64,000 nt of DNA from NCBI GenBank assembly GCA_013265495.1, contig MU058213.1, forward strand, positions 3,720,001 to 3,784,000, in the 5' to 3' direction. Each line of letters opens with the position of its first letter. The first letter of the stretch is position 1. The DNA comes from Vicugna vicugna (lineage: Eukaryota). Made by a program: the position numbers and the translations under genes. The notes below the pieces were generated by a model, which saw only the letters and a program-made list of their open reading frames with translations, made no database searches and had not been told where the DNA came from. This document shows, in pieces, positions 12,353 through 26,324 of the stretch.

Positions 12353-14829
12353 AGAGTATTCCCTCTTTTTCTAGTTTCCAAATTTGTGTTAGATTAAAAT
12401 TACCAGTTCCTTGAATATTTGGTAGATTTCATTTATAAAACTATTGGGACTTGCTATTTTCTTTGTAAGCAGTTTTTAAAGAAGTGATTCAACTTCCTTA
12501 ATGGTTAAAGGGCAATTAGCTTTTCTATTATTTTATAATAGAAATATATTTTATAATTTGAAGTTTTTAAACAATTTATTCACTGCAATTTTTAAAATTA
12601 ACTGACATAAGGTTGCTTACAATTTCCCTTATTTTGATCTCTGCTGCATCCATAGTTATGTCTCATTTTTCATTTCTAATATTATTTCTATCTACTTTTT
12701 TCTTAATTCATCATTTCTGAATCTTGACTATTTAAAAGGATTTTGCAAGGAAACCAACTCAGATGTTGGATCCTATCATATCTTAGTTTTCTATTCAACT
12801 GATTTCTACTCTTACCTTCATTACTTCCTTCAATTTTCTTCTGGTTAATTCTGTAGTTCATTCTTCATCTTAAATTGAAAGCTTAACTCATTAATTTTCA
12901 ATTCTTCTTTTTTCCTGGTAAAAGTCAGGAAAGCTACCAATTTCTTTAACTGGTACTTAATATACCAGTTAGCTACATCTAATAGCTCTGATAGAGAATC
13001 TTTTATTATCTAGTTCTCAACAGTTTCTAATATTCACCATGATTTCTTCTTTGAAGGTATTTTTTAAACTGCTAAATATAAGGTGTTCTCAAACTTATAA
13101 AAAGAGTTAAAGTGAAGAAAACTTAAAAGTACAATGAATAACTATGTATGTTAGATTCAATAATAATTTGCCAAATTTATTTTCTTTCTACATATACACA
13201 TATTTAATATATATATTTATATAAATAACACACATTTTGCTGTACCACTTAAAAGAAGTTAGAGACATTAAGACACTTGATCCCTAAATAATTAGGCATG
13301 TATCTCCTAAGAATAAGGACAATCCCCTAAATACCCACAATTCCACTATGTTACATAAGAAAATTAACAATAATTCCACAATACAGCATGTAGCCCACAT
13401 CCACACTTTCCCTAATTATCTCAACAGTGTCTTATAGAGCTTTTATCCCACAATGAGACCAAATCCAGGTTCATGCATTGTAAGTTACTCTACCCCTTTT
13501 TCCCCTACAATATTTACTTTTTGAAGAGTCCAAGACAGTTGACTTGAGAATGTCACATACTCTGGATTCTTGTGATTGCTTCCTCTTGATGGCACAAGTG
13601 AATGCAAGGAGTATTCCACCAAACATTTTAAATTATGAGTTAATGTCTGTACAACTTGAGCACCAGTTAGGATGTTTGAGAATACACTGAATGAACAGCA
13701 CAGTGTGTAATATTTATTTGATTATAGGTTTAATTTGACCCAAATTTGGTGATACACATAATTGGGTTTTGGTGGCAAAGTATTCAGGCATGAATACTAA
13801 ATAGCCCATATAAATGATAGTTACCAGTATTTTTTTTACTCAACCAGTGTGTCAGTTTTTCTTTCATCTTTATTATTTCTCCAGTAATGAAATAGTAGCA
13901 ATGTCTATTACACATAAGCAACAGCATAGAGTTTAACCCTCAGATTCAATTATTCATATATTAAAAAGAGATCCAATGTTCCTTGTTCCTAACTTTCTAC
14001 TTTGTACAGTCATGACTGTGACAATCTTTCTGTACACCCTCCCTGAAGAGTAGACTTTAAGGAAGTCCTTCAATAATTCAATGACTACTGACTATTCCAC
14101 ATTATTAGTCCTCTAGGTCTTGAATTCAAAACAGAAGAAACAGTGTCCCTAGGCTGTGAATAGTCCACTTGGAAAACCACAGCTGGGGCAATGCACAGCC
14201 AGGCTGATGACCTGGGAAACAGAAGAAAACACAGTGAGCCTGGTTTACGAACTATAGCATCTGGGCCTCTAGAGGTGAGGAGGGACAGTAAAGTACAGTT
14301 ATGCTCTATTTGGAAAAAAAGCAGAGACCAAACTTTAACAGCATGTGCAGTAAGCAACAAGGAAGCTCTCTTCACCTCGGTCCAAAACAGATCAAAAAAC
14401 TACTAAAACAAAATAAAACAGAAACTCTCCCAGATAACAATGCTATCATGTATGGAGTGCCAATACACAGTAATTTATATACATTGCTTATAAAATGAGG
14501 TACAAAGAAATACAAATTAAAAGAAGAACCATAATTCAGATGTAGATCTTTCCTACAACAAACCTATATTCTCACTATTTACTAATACTGGATGGCAAAA
14601 AGACCTAACTGCAAAATTATTAGAGAGTTAATGTACATTAAAATAGTGAATAAACAAAATATAGATGAGTGAAGGAATTCAGTTCAGATGAAAAAAATTA
14701 GTGAGTATGATGACACTGGGAGAAAAAGAGGCTGACAACATAATACCCTTCTGAAGTTTATTATAAAAACCTAAAATGTAATAATTCCTCTGTTGTTAAC
14801 TGGCAAGACTACAATATTTACTTTTGTTT

Positions 14830-17050
14830 CTTCTTTAGTTTAATCATTTCCTGTATCATGTATACTGAAGCTCCATTATATGGCACAAATATGTATTTTA
14901 GGTATATATGTCTTTTTAATGAATTGCCTTTTATCATCCTGAAATGTCCCATCACTGGTAATGCTCTTAGTCTTGAAGACTATTTTGTCTGATATTAATA
15001 GAGCCACTCCAGCTTCCTCATTAGTGTTTACATAGTATGTCTTTTTCTAACGCTTGACATTTAGTCTGTATCTTTAAAGTCCATCTCCTGTGGACAGTAT
15101 ATAGTTGGGTCTTGCATTTTATCAAGTCTGAAAATCTCTGCCTTGTAACATACAGTGTTTAGTCCATTTATACTTAAGGTAAATAGTAATATCGCTGTCT
15201 TTGCTTCATTTAGTATTTCTTAGTATTCTATTTTATCATCTCAATTGGCTTTTCCGGCATATCACCTTGTTCAGTGATTGCTTTAGGGATTTGCAATACT
15301 ATATCCTTAATCTATCAGTCTACCTTCAACTAATATTATATTATTGCATCATCTTGTAACTATGTAACTCTATCTTCCTATTATCCCTCTGCTATTGCCC
15401 CAGGTTTTTTACTTGTATGTTTTATAAACCCACAATTAACACTTCTTTAAAGAGGTAATTTTTGACAGAATTTTATAGTTAATAAGAAACCAGAAAAATG
15501 TTATTTATATTTACCCAAATAAAGACAATTCTGGCCCTCTTCATCCTCCCATTTAGAGTTGAGTTTCTCACTGGTATGTTTCCTGTAGCATGACTTACTT
15601 TAGTATTATTTGTAATAAATTATGATGGTGATGAAAATGTCTTTATTTTGCCTACAATGCAGAAAGATATTTTTGCTGGATTTATAATTCCAGCTACAAC
15701 TATAAAACTCTTATAAGTAAACATAGTAAAGCTGCAATTTTTTTTCTTTCAGTACTTTAAAGAGTATATTCTATTGTCTTTTAATTTCCATTATTTCTGA
15801 TGAGAAATCAGTGTTCATTTCTATTATTGCTCGCCTATGTATAATATAATGGGTCGTTCCCCTTCTCTACTTTTAAGGTGTTCTCTTTATGTTTGGTTTT
15901 CAGCAATTTGACTTGATGTATTAGTTTGGCTTCCTCTGTTTTTATTGTGCTTGGAGTTTTTGACCTCCAAAGGTCCGGGACTTTTCATCAAATCTGGAAA
16001 TCTTTCAACTGCCGTATCTTCAAATATTTTCTGCTCCAATATGTCTTCTCTTTCTGGAACTCCACTTACATACATGTTCTGCCACTCAATATTGGCTCAT
16101 GGGTCACTGAGGTGTGCTCATTTTTTTTCCCTCTCCTTTTTCTCTCTGTGGTTCAGTTCACTGAAGTTTTCCTCTGCAGCTTCCAATTTGCCATTACACA
16201 TATTCAGTAAATTTTTCATTTCATATAATGAATTTTTCTGTTCTAGATTTTTCATTTGATAATTATTTACATTTCAATGTAAGACATCCTTTATCTATGC
16301 ACATGGATTTTTCTTTAAATGTTCCTTGAACGTATTTACCAGAGCAGTATTATCTGCCTGCTAACTTCACATCTTTGTCATCTCTGGGTCTGTTTCTGTT
16401 TTTTTCCTCTAAAGATGAGTTACATTTTCCTGCTTCTTCATATGTCTAGTAATTTTTACTGTAACTGGACATTGTGGGTACTAAGTTGTTGGGTGTTCAG
16501 AGTTCCTTCAAAGTATGTTTTTTCTGGCAGGAAGTTAATGTACTGGCAGCTCAACCTGATTCTGCTGAAGCTTAGTTTTAAGCTTTGTTAGAATGGGTCT
16601 AGAATAGCACTTAGTCTATGAGTAAAGTAGCCTGGGTTCTAAAACATAAGACTTTCTAGGGTCTCAACTAATGCCCAAGGTGCTCAGCAAGGTCCTTCCA
16701 ATCTGACTGGTTGAAATTCTGTCTCTTAGCACTGTGTGATCTTCAGAATCTCTTGCTGAGATTATAGGTCCCAGTAGTTGTTCTCTGAAGAGAACTGCCC
16801 TGCACATGTGGAGTTTACTATTCAGCCAAAGAGCCTGAAAACCCCCGTGGAAATTTCTGAAGCTCCTTCTCTAAGTAGCTACTTCCTTTCCAGTACCCCA
16901 AATTCTAGATGTTTCAGCAGCCATGTACTCCAGTCATCACTGCTTCCTCCATCTCGTTAAATCTGCGGTCTCTGTCTGGGCTCTACTTCCCTGAGGTGCA
17001 GTGTGGAAAGCCAGAGTGAGTTCATCTCTTGGGCTTTCCTTTTCTTAAGG
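14830..17050 (-). mobile_element. Old L1M (ORF1 to ORF2-endonuclease region)
   Basis: ORF 15887-16075(-) 'GVPERED...KIFEDTAVERFPDLMK' is L1 ORF1p-like; typical antisense L1M text throughout. Confidence 0.8.
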
Positions 17051-17059
17051 ATCACAGCC

Positions 17060-17547
17060 CTTACCAAAAAACAAACAATCCAATTAAGAATTGGACAGAG
17101 GGCCTCAATAGACATTTTCCCAAAGATGACATACAGGTAGCCAACAGACACATGAAAAGATGTACAACATCACTTTTCTTCAAGGAAATGCAAATCAAAA
17201 CCACAATGAGTTATTACCTGACACCTGTCAGAACAGCTATTATCAAAAAGACAAATAACAAGTGTTGTCAAAGATGTGGAGAAAAGGGAACCCTCGTGCA
17301 TTATTGGTAGAATGTAAATAGGTGCAGCCACTGTGGAAAACAGTATGGTGGTTCCCCCCAAAATAAAATATAGAACTACTATATGATCCAGAAATTCCAC
17401 TCGTGGTCCTTATGCAAAGAAAACAGAAACACTAACTCAAAAATATATATGTACCCTTATATTCATTGCAGCATTATTTACAATAGACAAGTTATGGAAG
17501 AAATCTAAGTGTCCATTGACAGATAAATGGATTAAAAAAATGGGGAG

Positions 17548-17596
<49 letters not shown>

Positions 17597-17815
17597 AATA
17601 CTACTCAGACATAAAAAAGAATGAAATATTGCTTTGAGGACATTACGCTATGTGAAATAAGTCAAGCATAAAAGGACATATACCATATGATCTCTCTTCT
17701 TTGTGTAATCTAAAAAACACCAAAAACTAAGCTCATAGATACAAAGAACAAATTGGTGGTTGCCAGAGGTGGTGGTGGTGGGGAGGCAAGTAAAAGGGGT
17801 CAAAAGGAAAAACAA
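17060..17815 (+). mobile_element. L1 3' portion (ORF2 C-terminus and 3'UTR)
   Basis: ORF 17029-17310 '[30 protein letters not shown]...EMQIKTTM'. Confidence 0.9.
17551..17594 (+). repeat. (CA)22 microsatellite
   Basis: Perfect CA run inside the L1. Confidence 0.97.
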
Positions 17816-18619
17816 AACAAAACAAATGCCAGGGATAGTTTGAATGATTTACCACTGTACTGTCAGAACTAAACTATGCTTTTCATAGTTTGTGAGCAAT
17901 TACTATTTGCTGAATGAATGAATTAGTCAATTCTTGGTTTAAAAAACAACAAAACCTCCCTTCTATTATATACTTTATGTTAAATAGAGGGAGTAGGAAT
18001 TCAATGCTGCAAAAATAACCTATAAAACCTATGTGTTTCAAAAATAAGATTTGTAATAACAAACAAAAAGGATCACAGCCCTATGCTTAGCCCTATAATG
18101 CTAAGAAAATCCCCAGTTACTTCATACTATTTTATCCAGTTTTATTGTTGATTACAGAGAGAGGGTAAGTTCAATATCTGTTACTCCATTATGGCATGAC
18201 CTGGAAGTTAAGATGTATTAGAATTAATTTTAAGTACTTTTAAAAATTATCTTAATTTATATTCATTAAGAAAATTGGGAAAGAGAAATGAAAACAAAAC
18301 TTTTAAAAACCGAGACATTCTACAAAAAACCTCTGCTAACTTCTGATGTAGTTTCTTCTGCTTATATCCATATATTGGTATATACGTATGTAAAATCTTT
18401 TTAAATATTAGGGTGAAATTAGTTCTATATTTTGCTTTTCCCATTTAACATTGCATGGTGGGCATTTTCCCAAGTCATTATATGTTAACTGGCAACACGG
18501 TCTTTCTTGGCTATACAATAAAATCTTAATGGTAGTTTTAAAATAATAATAAGCATTCTCTTTTTGCTGGATATTTAGGTCCTACCATTATAAATAAATG
18601 CTGTGTCTAAGGATACCCA

Positions 18620-18950
18620 CATGGTTCACTCTATAATTCAGGACTTTATTCAAACGTTAACTTGGTGAGGATTCCCTCATCAGCCTACTTAAAACTACAA
18701 TCCTCTCCCTGACATACATACCCTCTCTTTTCCTGTTTTACTTTTCTTCAGAGAATTTACCATCCTATCATATCACATAGTATACATATATATTTTTTAA
18801 ATTATATATTATGTCTCCCTCCACTAGAATGTAAGCTTTATGAAAGCTGACTTTTTTTTTTTTTTACTATTTGTTTACTGCTATAACCTAGAGTTTTAAA
18901 AGAATACCCATCTAACACAGGTACTTATTAATATTTGTTGAATGAATCAT
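18620..18950 (+). mobile_element. L2 3' end
   Basis: 'ccactagaatgtaagctttatga' ... 'atatttgttgaatgaat'. Confidence 0.7.
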
Positions 18951-19928
18951 TACATGACTACTAAAGAAAGATACACTATATAACATGATTTAAACTAGAC
19001 CAAAACAAAAATTATTTATAGGAAAAAAAGAATCAAAGAAACAAGTCTGTCAGTTTTCTGTAATTAATACTCTGTTTTTAAGATATTAAAAAAAACTTTT
19101 TTTTTAAAAAAAGACAGTACCTTAAGATTACATATTAAACAAGAATAAATGTATGTAAGTAAAAATGGACTGCAACATCTTTCTGACTAGTGATTCAAAC
19201 TGACAAATTCTTACTTCTATCAACTTAAGACCATAAATATTTGCTAACATAGCACTGTGGGAGATACAAAGATGAATAAGATATGGCTGCTGCCCAACAG
19301 GGGCTCAACATCTACTGGAAAATAAAGGCATACATAGTAAAAAAAAAAAAATACAGTACATGCAAACTGTGATAAGTACTATACTGGAAGTACAAGGTAA
19401 AATGGGGAGAAAGGAACACTGAAAAGAATACAGTGAACTGTGGCACCTTAATTACGGTCTTGAAAACTGTCTTTGAATATGTAAAGGGAAAAGGGTGGCA
19501 TTATTGCTGAAGGGTAAAACCAAAGCCAAGGCAAAGAAATGAAAGACTATATGATAGATCTTTAAGAGAGCAGCAAGAACTCCAAAACACCTATCAGGCA
19601 AGGGGTGCAAGGCAAGGACATCCTCCAGGGCTAGGCACATATAACCTAACGTGTGATTGAGCAGGACCTAATACAAACAAGATGTGGTGGGCCATGTCGT
19701 CAAATGAAACAAATTGAAGGTATTCACATTAAAATTTCTGTAAAATGTTATAAAAAGCCCTATGCTAGTCCCTGGTAGAGACACTGTGTAAGAGAAAGGA
19801 AGACAGAGTAGATAAGCCGGAAACAAATTACGAAGTCTTTGGACTTGATCTGGAAAGCAATCTTAGAAGAAACATTTTTTAAAGTAAAGTAAGTAAGTAT
19901 TTCAAAAAGGCTCAAAAATACATAAAAA

Positions 19929-20095
19929 GAGGGAAAGTATAGCTCAAGTAGTAAAATGCATGCTTTCAGCATGCATGAGGTCCTGGGTTCAATCCCCAGT
20001 ACCACGTCTAAATAAACCCAATCACCTCCCCACCTGCCAAAATAAAAATAATACAATAATAAATAAATAATTAAATATTAAAAAAAAACACTAAA
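19929..20095 (+). mobile_element. tRNA-derived camelid SINE (Vic-1-like)
   Basis: A box 'tagctcaagtagta', B box 'gggttcaatcccc', then 'aaataaacccaatcacctcccc' and an A-rich tail; possible TSD 'aaaaatacat'. Confidence 0.85.
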
Positions 20096-20573
20096 AAAAT
20101 ACATTAAAAAAATAAACTATTTTGAAAATCACCCCTACCACCACTCCCAACATTACTGAAAGGCAGTATTTTGGTGTGTTTTTCTCTCACTTTCTTTCCT
20201 AAGATTAGGTTGTATGTGGGTGGGTGGGTGTGTGTGTGGCCATGTGTGTGTATGTTTGGTTATATGTGTGAAATTGTGTAACTATACTGCTTTTTTTTAA
20301 TCCCGCTAACAGTCTATCAAGAGAATGTACTCATTTATTCTCCTTAGACACTTTTAATAGGAGCACAACCATTTGAATTTCATTCTGTTCTGATTTGTTT
20401 TTTAATTTGGACTAAGAGGTAAAAAAAAAACATTATGTTTTTCTGTTTTTCATTTTAAGTAGTAAAATCTTTTGTTTGTTTTTTTGGTTTGTTCTGAGAT
20501 GTCTTCTACTATTTCTAATAGAAAAAAATCCTTCACCACATTAGAAGTTTATTTTGATTTTGTTCTAGTCTTT

Positions 20574-20675
20574 ATTCTATTTAAAAAAATTTTTTAAATG
20601 GAGGCACTGGGGATTGAACCCAGGACCTAGTGCATGCTATATCCGTACTCTACTACTGAGCTATACCCACCCCTC
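20574..20675 (-). mobile_element. tRNA-derived camelid SINE (Vic-1-like), short form
   Basis: Reverse reads 'gggtatagctcagtagtagag...aggtcctgggttcaatccccagtgcctccattt'; TSD CTAGTCTTT at 20565-20573 and 20676-20684. Confidence 0.88.
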
Positions 20676-23600
20676 CTAGTCTTTCATTTTAATCGTGATT
20701 TTTTTTTTCATTTAACTTTATTTGTCTGCAATTGTGTTGAGCCTCTAAATTTAACCCAATTGCACTAATATCATTTCTTAAATAATCTTTCTACTGATTT
20801 GTGGTGTCTCTTCTATCATTTATTTGTATTATTATTAAAATACAACATGCTTATGATGCTAAATTTACAAAGAGAATATGAATAATGGTAACAAACAAAA
20901 TTTCATTATTAAATATTATTGAATGTAACAGTTTTATATTTGAAACTCAAGGGATGAATTGCAATCTAAAATAGCCAAACTACACAGGTCCTAAATATAA
21001 AGTTTTGTTTTGTTTTTTTAATCTGCCACAATCACTCCAGAGCCCATTCATCACTTCAAGTTATCACAAAGACTAAACACATGTAACATCAGCTATATAA
21101 TCAAATAGGAAACATACTGCAGCACTGATATCCCAGAACAATTTTCTATAAAACTGGGTTTCTCTGGGTGGGCTTCAGTTTTAGTCTCTCACAGTTCACT
21201 GTCTTCACCCAGGATAACAGTTGTCTGAGCAACCTCTAAATTCTTCATACCGCACTGCCAGTGCTGGAATACACATTTCAACTTACTTTAAATATGATTT
21301 TAAACAACTGTGGAGAACTTATTCTATTATTTAAAGAAAGCAAGACATAAATTGCATGTCTATCCAAACAGGCTGAAACTCTAGAGAATTCACAACATTT
21401 CACACCTCACTTCAAGAGTTAGGTCTCCCAAAATGTCCTTTTAGCTTAATTCCTGTCTTCAACAGGGAAGAAGTTGGTAGCATTATACCTGGAGAGTAAA
21501 GCGAGTAACCATCAGCCTAACACAGCCCTTCCTTCTGTTATACTTGCCTGATGACTCACACCTTCTCTACAGTTTATTACACTGTAATGATTTTGCGTAA
21601 TCTTTTCCATAGCAAAGGTTCATCACACTTTTCTTTAGAAAAATCTGATCAGGCTTCCAAAGAACCTGATAAAGAAATATAAAGCTGTCAACTTCTCAGA
21701 GTCCAAATTTAAGAAGACAGTTTTACTATATTATACAGGTAAGTGTTTTTTTTTTAAATCATGGGGAGAGAAAGGTGATAAAAGAAAAAAGTAAAAGAAG
21801 AGGGGAGAAAGGGTAAGAATAAGAGAGGACAAAACAATAGAACGAAAAGGGGACAGAGGAAAAAATTGAGGAAGACAATCTAGGAGGTTCTGAATTATCT
21901 GTCATAAACACCTTGTACTATATTAACATGAGTTCTGTGAGGAAATAAATACCTCTCCACAATTTACTGGAAATTAACTCATGTCCTGTTTTATACTAGA
22001 TGATCCACATTTACAAAATACAAATTTAAAGAAGTAAATGTAATAGGCCAATGCAAATATTTTGGGAGCCACAGAGACTCTGCCTAAAGTAATCACTAGA
22101 AGGAGAGGTGAAGAACTGGTGATCATTAAAACTAAGAGTAAGCACAAGGGTAGACATCCAACATTAATTATCCTGACAGAAGTCACCTAGAGAAGAACAG
22201 AGAGCAAGGAACAGCTTTGGGAAGAGTGACAAATAGATGCTACATGCCAACTTCAGAGGTAGAGTGAAGGGAAAAAGGCAGAAAGTGATGAAAGGCACTG
22301 AGAAAGCAAATGCAGACTGTGCTAGAAGCAGAGATGGAACAAGAAAATGATGTAGAGAGAAAACAGTAAATACTTACACACTGTGTTAAAACTGCTCTTC
22401 CACACAACAAAAGTGTAACCCTGATGTAAATTATCCACCAGTATTCAAGTCCATTCAAGTCTCAAAGATTTCCTTACCATTATGGTATATGTGATGCACA
22501 GAATGAAAAGCTATAAATAGTTGTGCATATCCTGTATGAAACCTTCCAGAGAGAAAGAGCATAAAAACAAAACTGCAGCCCCAAAGAAAAGTGGCACCCA
22601 ACACTGGGATGGGAGTGAGTGTGGTAAACCACCAGCCGAAGAACAAGAGAGAGCTTTCTTTCTGTTTGGAGGTTCTTTAGATCCGTTTTACATAGGAGAC
22701 ACTTTTTGGAATTCTCTGTTTAAAAAACAAAAACAAAAACAAAAACAAAAAACACAACTCTAAAAATCCCCTGGGAACAAGAAATAGTGAATAAGAACTT
22801 TATCACACTCCAAGGGAAAAGAAAGACATGAGAAAGACTTTTTAAAGAATTTAGATAGACATAAAAACATGTGTTCAATTAATCTTGAATTCCCTGGAAA
22901 TACCTTTCAAGAAAGATATCACATCACCCCAAAATCAAGCTTTAGGGATCAGAGCTAAATGCACAGGTTATCAACGTGCAGACCTTCCCACATACTCTGT
23001 TTTCTGTAAGTCAGGCTGTACTAATATGACATGCCAACATTTCCAGAGGCTAAAAATAAAGAAGTGGGGCAGTGATACCACCGTCATTTTTCTCTCCTCC
23101 CCTACATTCCCAATGCGAAATTACAAAGAAATTAAATTTCTATTAAGAGCACTGAATATTTCTTCACAATAAAACATTATACTATAATATATATATAAAA
23201 CATACATATAGCAGTAAAATCTACCACTGAGGGAAAAAGGAAAATGTAGGTGAGTTTCAGAAAAATGTTTCATACTTCAAGCTAAAAAAGCAATCTGAGA
23301 GCGTAAGAACCAATTTGAGTTCTGATAGAATGATGTCTAATGCTGTCTATATTAACACTAAATTAAACATTCAAAAAGGTTATCACTAAACAGAAATTTA
23401 CAGTAAGCTATACTTTTATACTGTTGAAAATGGTTTCCCAAGAAAACATGATTTTTAATGGTAAAAGTACTAAAGTCTGCTATTGTTATTTATAACTTCT
23501 ACTACACTTAGTAACTAAAACTTGAAACATGACATGCAGGTTAGACAGTGGAAGGTGAGAGGAGGAATAATAGGAAAACCACACCAGACCCCCAGCTGAA

Positions 23601-24639
23601 GTCTAAGGGAAGTTCAAGGCATAGTTACCGAGTTAGCGCCTGTAACCATGAATGCATTCACTCTGCACTAGGGAGGTATCTTTGAGAAATACAATCCCTG
23701 TCTTTATGGTGCTAGTATTCTAAGAGAGGAGACCCTGAAATTACACAATTAGTTTACTACAACTGTAATGCATGGTAACAAGAATTAGAAATTAGAAGAA
23801 GAGTGATATAAGGACCTAACATACCTTAGAGATTCAGGAAAGACTGTTTCCCTTTAGGAGTTAACTGAGTTGAGCTCTGAAGGATAAGTAGAAACTTACC
23901 AAGGAGGGGACCGGGGTTGGGAAAGCACGGACCAGGCAAAAGGACTGCAGATGAAGGCAGGCAGGAATAAGGCCAATTAGAGATCCTCGAATGGCTTACT
24001 AACTAGTGTATTAAAACCATTATCTAAATGCAATTACTTTAACAAAAGTTTAAGATTTCAAAAATAGTAATTCACAGAACTCTCACTGCAAAATAAAGCC
24101 AGGAGTATAGTAAGGCTACCGGATTGTTATAATGATAATCATTTGTACCATTCTTTAAAATACTACCTCTATTGTTAATACATAGTTTCAGTCTAGTGGT
24201 TAAAATAATTGAATATATGTAAAATGTTTTATACTCTAATTCTCACTTTTTACTAATTTAGTTAGGTCATTTATTTTAAACTGCTGATAGTTCATCACAC
24301 TCCAATAGACAGATTATGAACATTTAGTCTCTTTATGGAGACTCTTCAGATGGAAAATCTTTCAATGTTAGTAATAGCACCTATGACACTGCACTTAATA
24401 TGCAAGTATATCACACTAAACAAAGAGCCTAATATGTTTCATAATTTTTTTTTTACTATTATCACAACTCCAAAGAAAATGGTAACTGTTTATGACCACG
24501 AAAACACTTACTTAAAGTTTTTGGAAAATACAGAAAAGTGTGTAAGGAAAATTAAGCCACTCATGGTTAACTGCAACAACCTGAGGCCACCATCTATGAA
24601 CAATTAGAAGTATTTACTTCATCTTTTACTCACACATGC

Positions 24640-24980
24640 ATGCACCTAATCCAGCACAGCCTTGTCTCCCTGTTTCTGCCTTTGCCCCTCCAGTCTCTTC
24701 TCAACGTGGCAGTCAAGTGAGTCTTTTAAAATACAATAGAGTCACTCTTCTGCTCAAAGCCTTCCAGTAGCTCCCATCTCACTCAGAAGAAAAGTCTAAA
24801 TCGTCATGCTTACTAGACCTGCAAGGCCCTATACGGATCTGCCCCTCCTTTACCTCTGACCTCACTTGCTATATTCCGATGCACTCCCACCAGCTGGCCT
24901 CCTTAGGGCGGCCTTCTCACGACCTTTGCATTTGCTGTTCCCTCTGCCTGGAAAACACCTTCAAATATCATTGCAGTTCC
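24640..24980 (+). mobile_element. L2 fragment
   Basis: 'cactcttctgctcaaagccttccagtagctcccatctcactcag', 'acctttgcatttgctgttccctctgcctggaa'. Confidence 0.8.
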
Positions 24981-25089
24981 TTCTACCACAGTACAGTGAT
25001 TCAGTATCAGAATCAGAAGCAATCACACAGTCTTACAAACAGATTATGGGTTAAAGTGAAAAAGTTATTTGAATTTTATTGTGGCTAAA

Positions 25090-25225
25090 GAGTAACAGCT
25101 AACATTTATTGAGTACTTACCATGTGTCAGAGTCTATACTCAGTGTTTTATACACATTATCTCCTTTAATCTTCACTACAACCTTACAAGGTAAGCACTA
25201 TTACTATCTTCATTTTACTGATAAA
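25090..25225 (-). mobile_element. MIR SINE fragment
   Basis: 'agctaacatttattgagtacttaccatgtgtcag...tttaatcttcactacaacc'. Confidence 0.8.
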
Positions 25226-26324
25226 AGAAACAACTTCAAAAGGCTAATTTCAGAAATTAAGGCAACTAATTTCAGAATGCCTTGAAATAACTTGTATCAC
25301 TTCAGTGGAGTGTCTTTTTGTGATTCTGATTATTTTCACTTTAAAACTGTTAAATACATAAGATTTTTTTAAAATAAAAGTTACTCTATTTTATAAGTCT
25401 TTATGCTTGGCAAGGAAATTAATTTTCTAACCATCTTAAAGAGAAAATTAATTTAGGATACTACAATTACCTCACTGGTTCAGAAACATGTTATAGAAAA
25501 AAAAGTCACATCTGACATATTGTGCTCTATAATTATAAATACATAAAGCTGAAACATCTAAAAATGTGTGCTGTAGGAAGACTCACTCAAGTACTCAACC
25601 AGTTATGGAGAAGCCCAAGGCAACACTTAGAGACTTTTTTTTTTTTTTTTTAGCAGTGAACATCTAAATAGAAGCAAACCTTTCAGCATACCTAAAGTAA
25701 TGAAGGACTGGCACATAGAGAAGGAAAGATTGCAGAGAAAAAGAATAGAGTCAAATGCAACTTCACCTTTGAGTTTCTAGAAACCCAAGTCCTATTGTTA
25801 AGTCTCATCAGCATGTAAAGCAAACACACTACCTCAAATGCTCCTCCTGCCTTTGAATTCCCCAAATTATAATTAAACAAATCACCTTTCCACTGCTAGT
25901 CAATGCAGTCAACATAATTCACTTTTCAACTGCTTAAAAAATGTTAAAAAAATTAAAACATTTAAAATTATCATGGTGGTGATTGCACAACTTTGTAAAT
26001 ATACTAAAAACCATTGAATTGTACACTTAAAACAGGTGAATTTAACGGTATGCAAATTATCTGATTAAAGCTGTCTAAAAAAAATCAATCTACCTAAGAA
26101 ATGCTCAATAATTACTTGTAAAATTAATTCTAAATGGAAAAAATTAAAGTTTATCCACAAAACTGGGCACAAAATACGGCTATTCTCCCTTAAGCTTTTT
26201 ATTCCCTTAAGTTGCTCACCATTTGCTTGCAACTTTTATAGCAAAGGTTCTCAAATTCATGTTATAACACATTCCTGATATATGTTACAAGCAATTGGTT
26301 ACTAAATGATAAAGTATGTGAATG

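Larger units (their letters stand above)
10160..13080. mobile_element. Mosaic of old L1 ORF2 fragments: about 10160-10455 (-), 10480-10870 (+), 10870-13080 (-)
   Basis: L1 ORF2 motifs in both orientations: + 'caattcattttatgaagc', 'tttgacaaaggtgaaaaagcaatccaatgg'; - ORF 10812-11048 'MYKFNAILIKI...'. Confidence 0.75.

Noticed and set aside
19929..20005. tRNA gene
   Set aside because: A/B boxes are present, but it has a SINE tail, a probable TSD and a second dispersed copy, so it is a tRNA-derived SINE.
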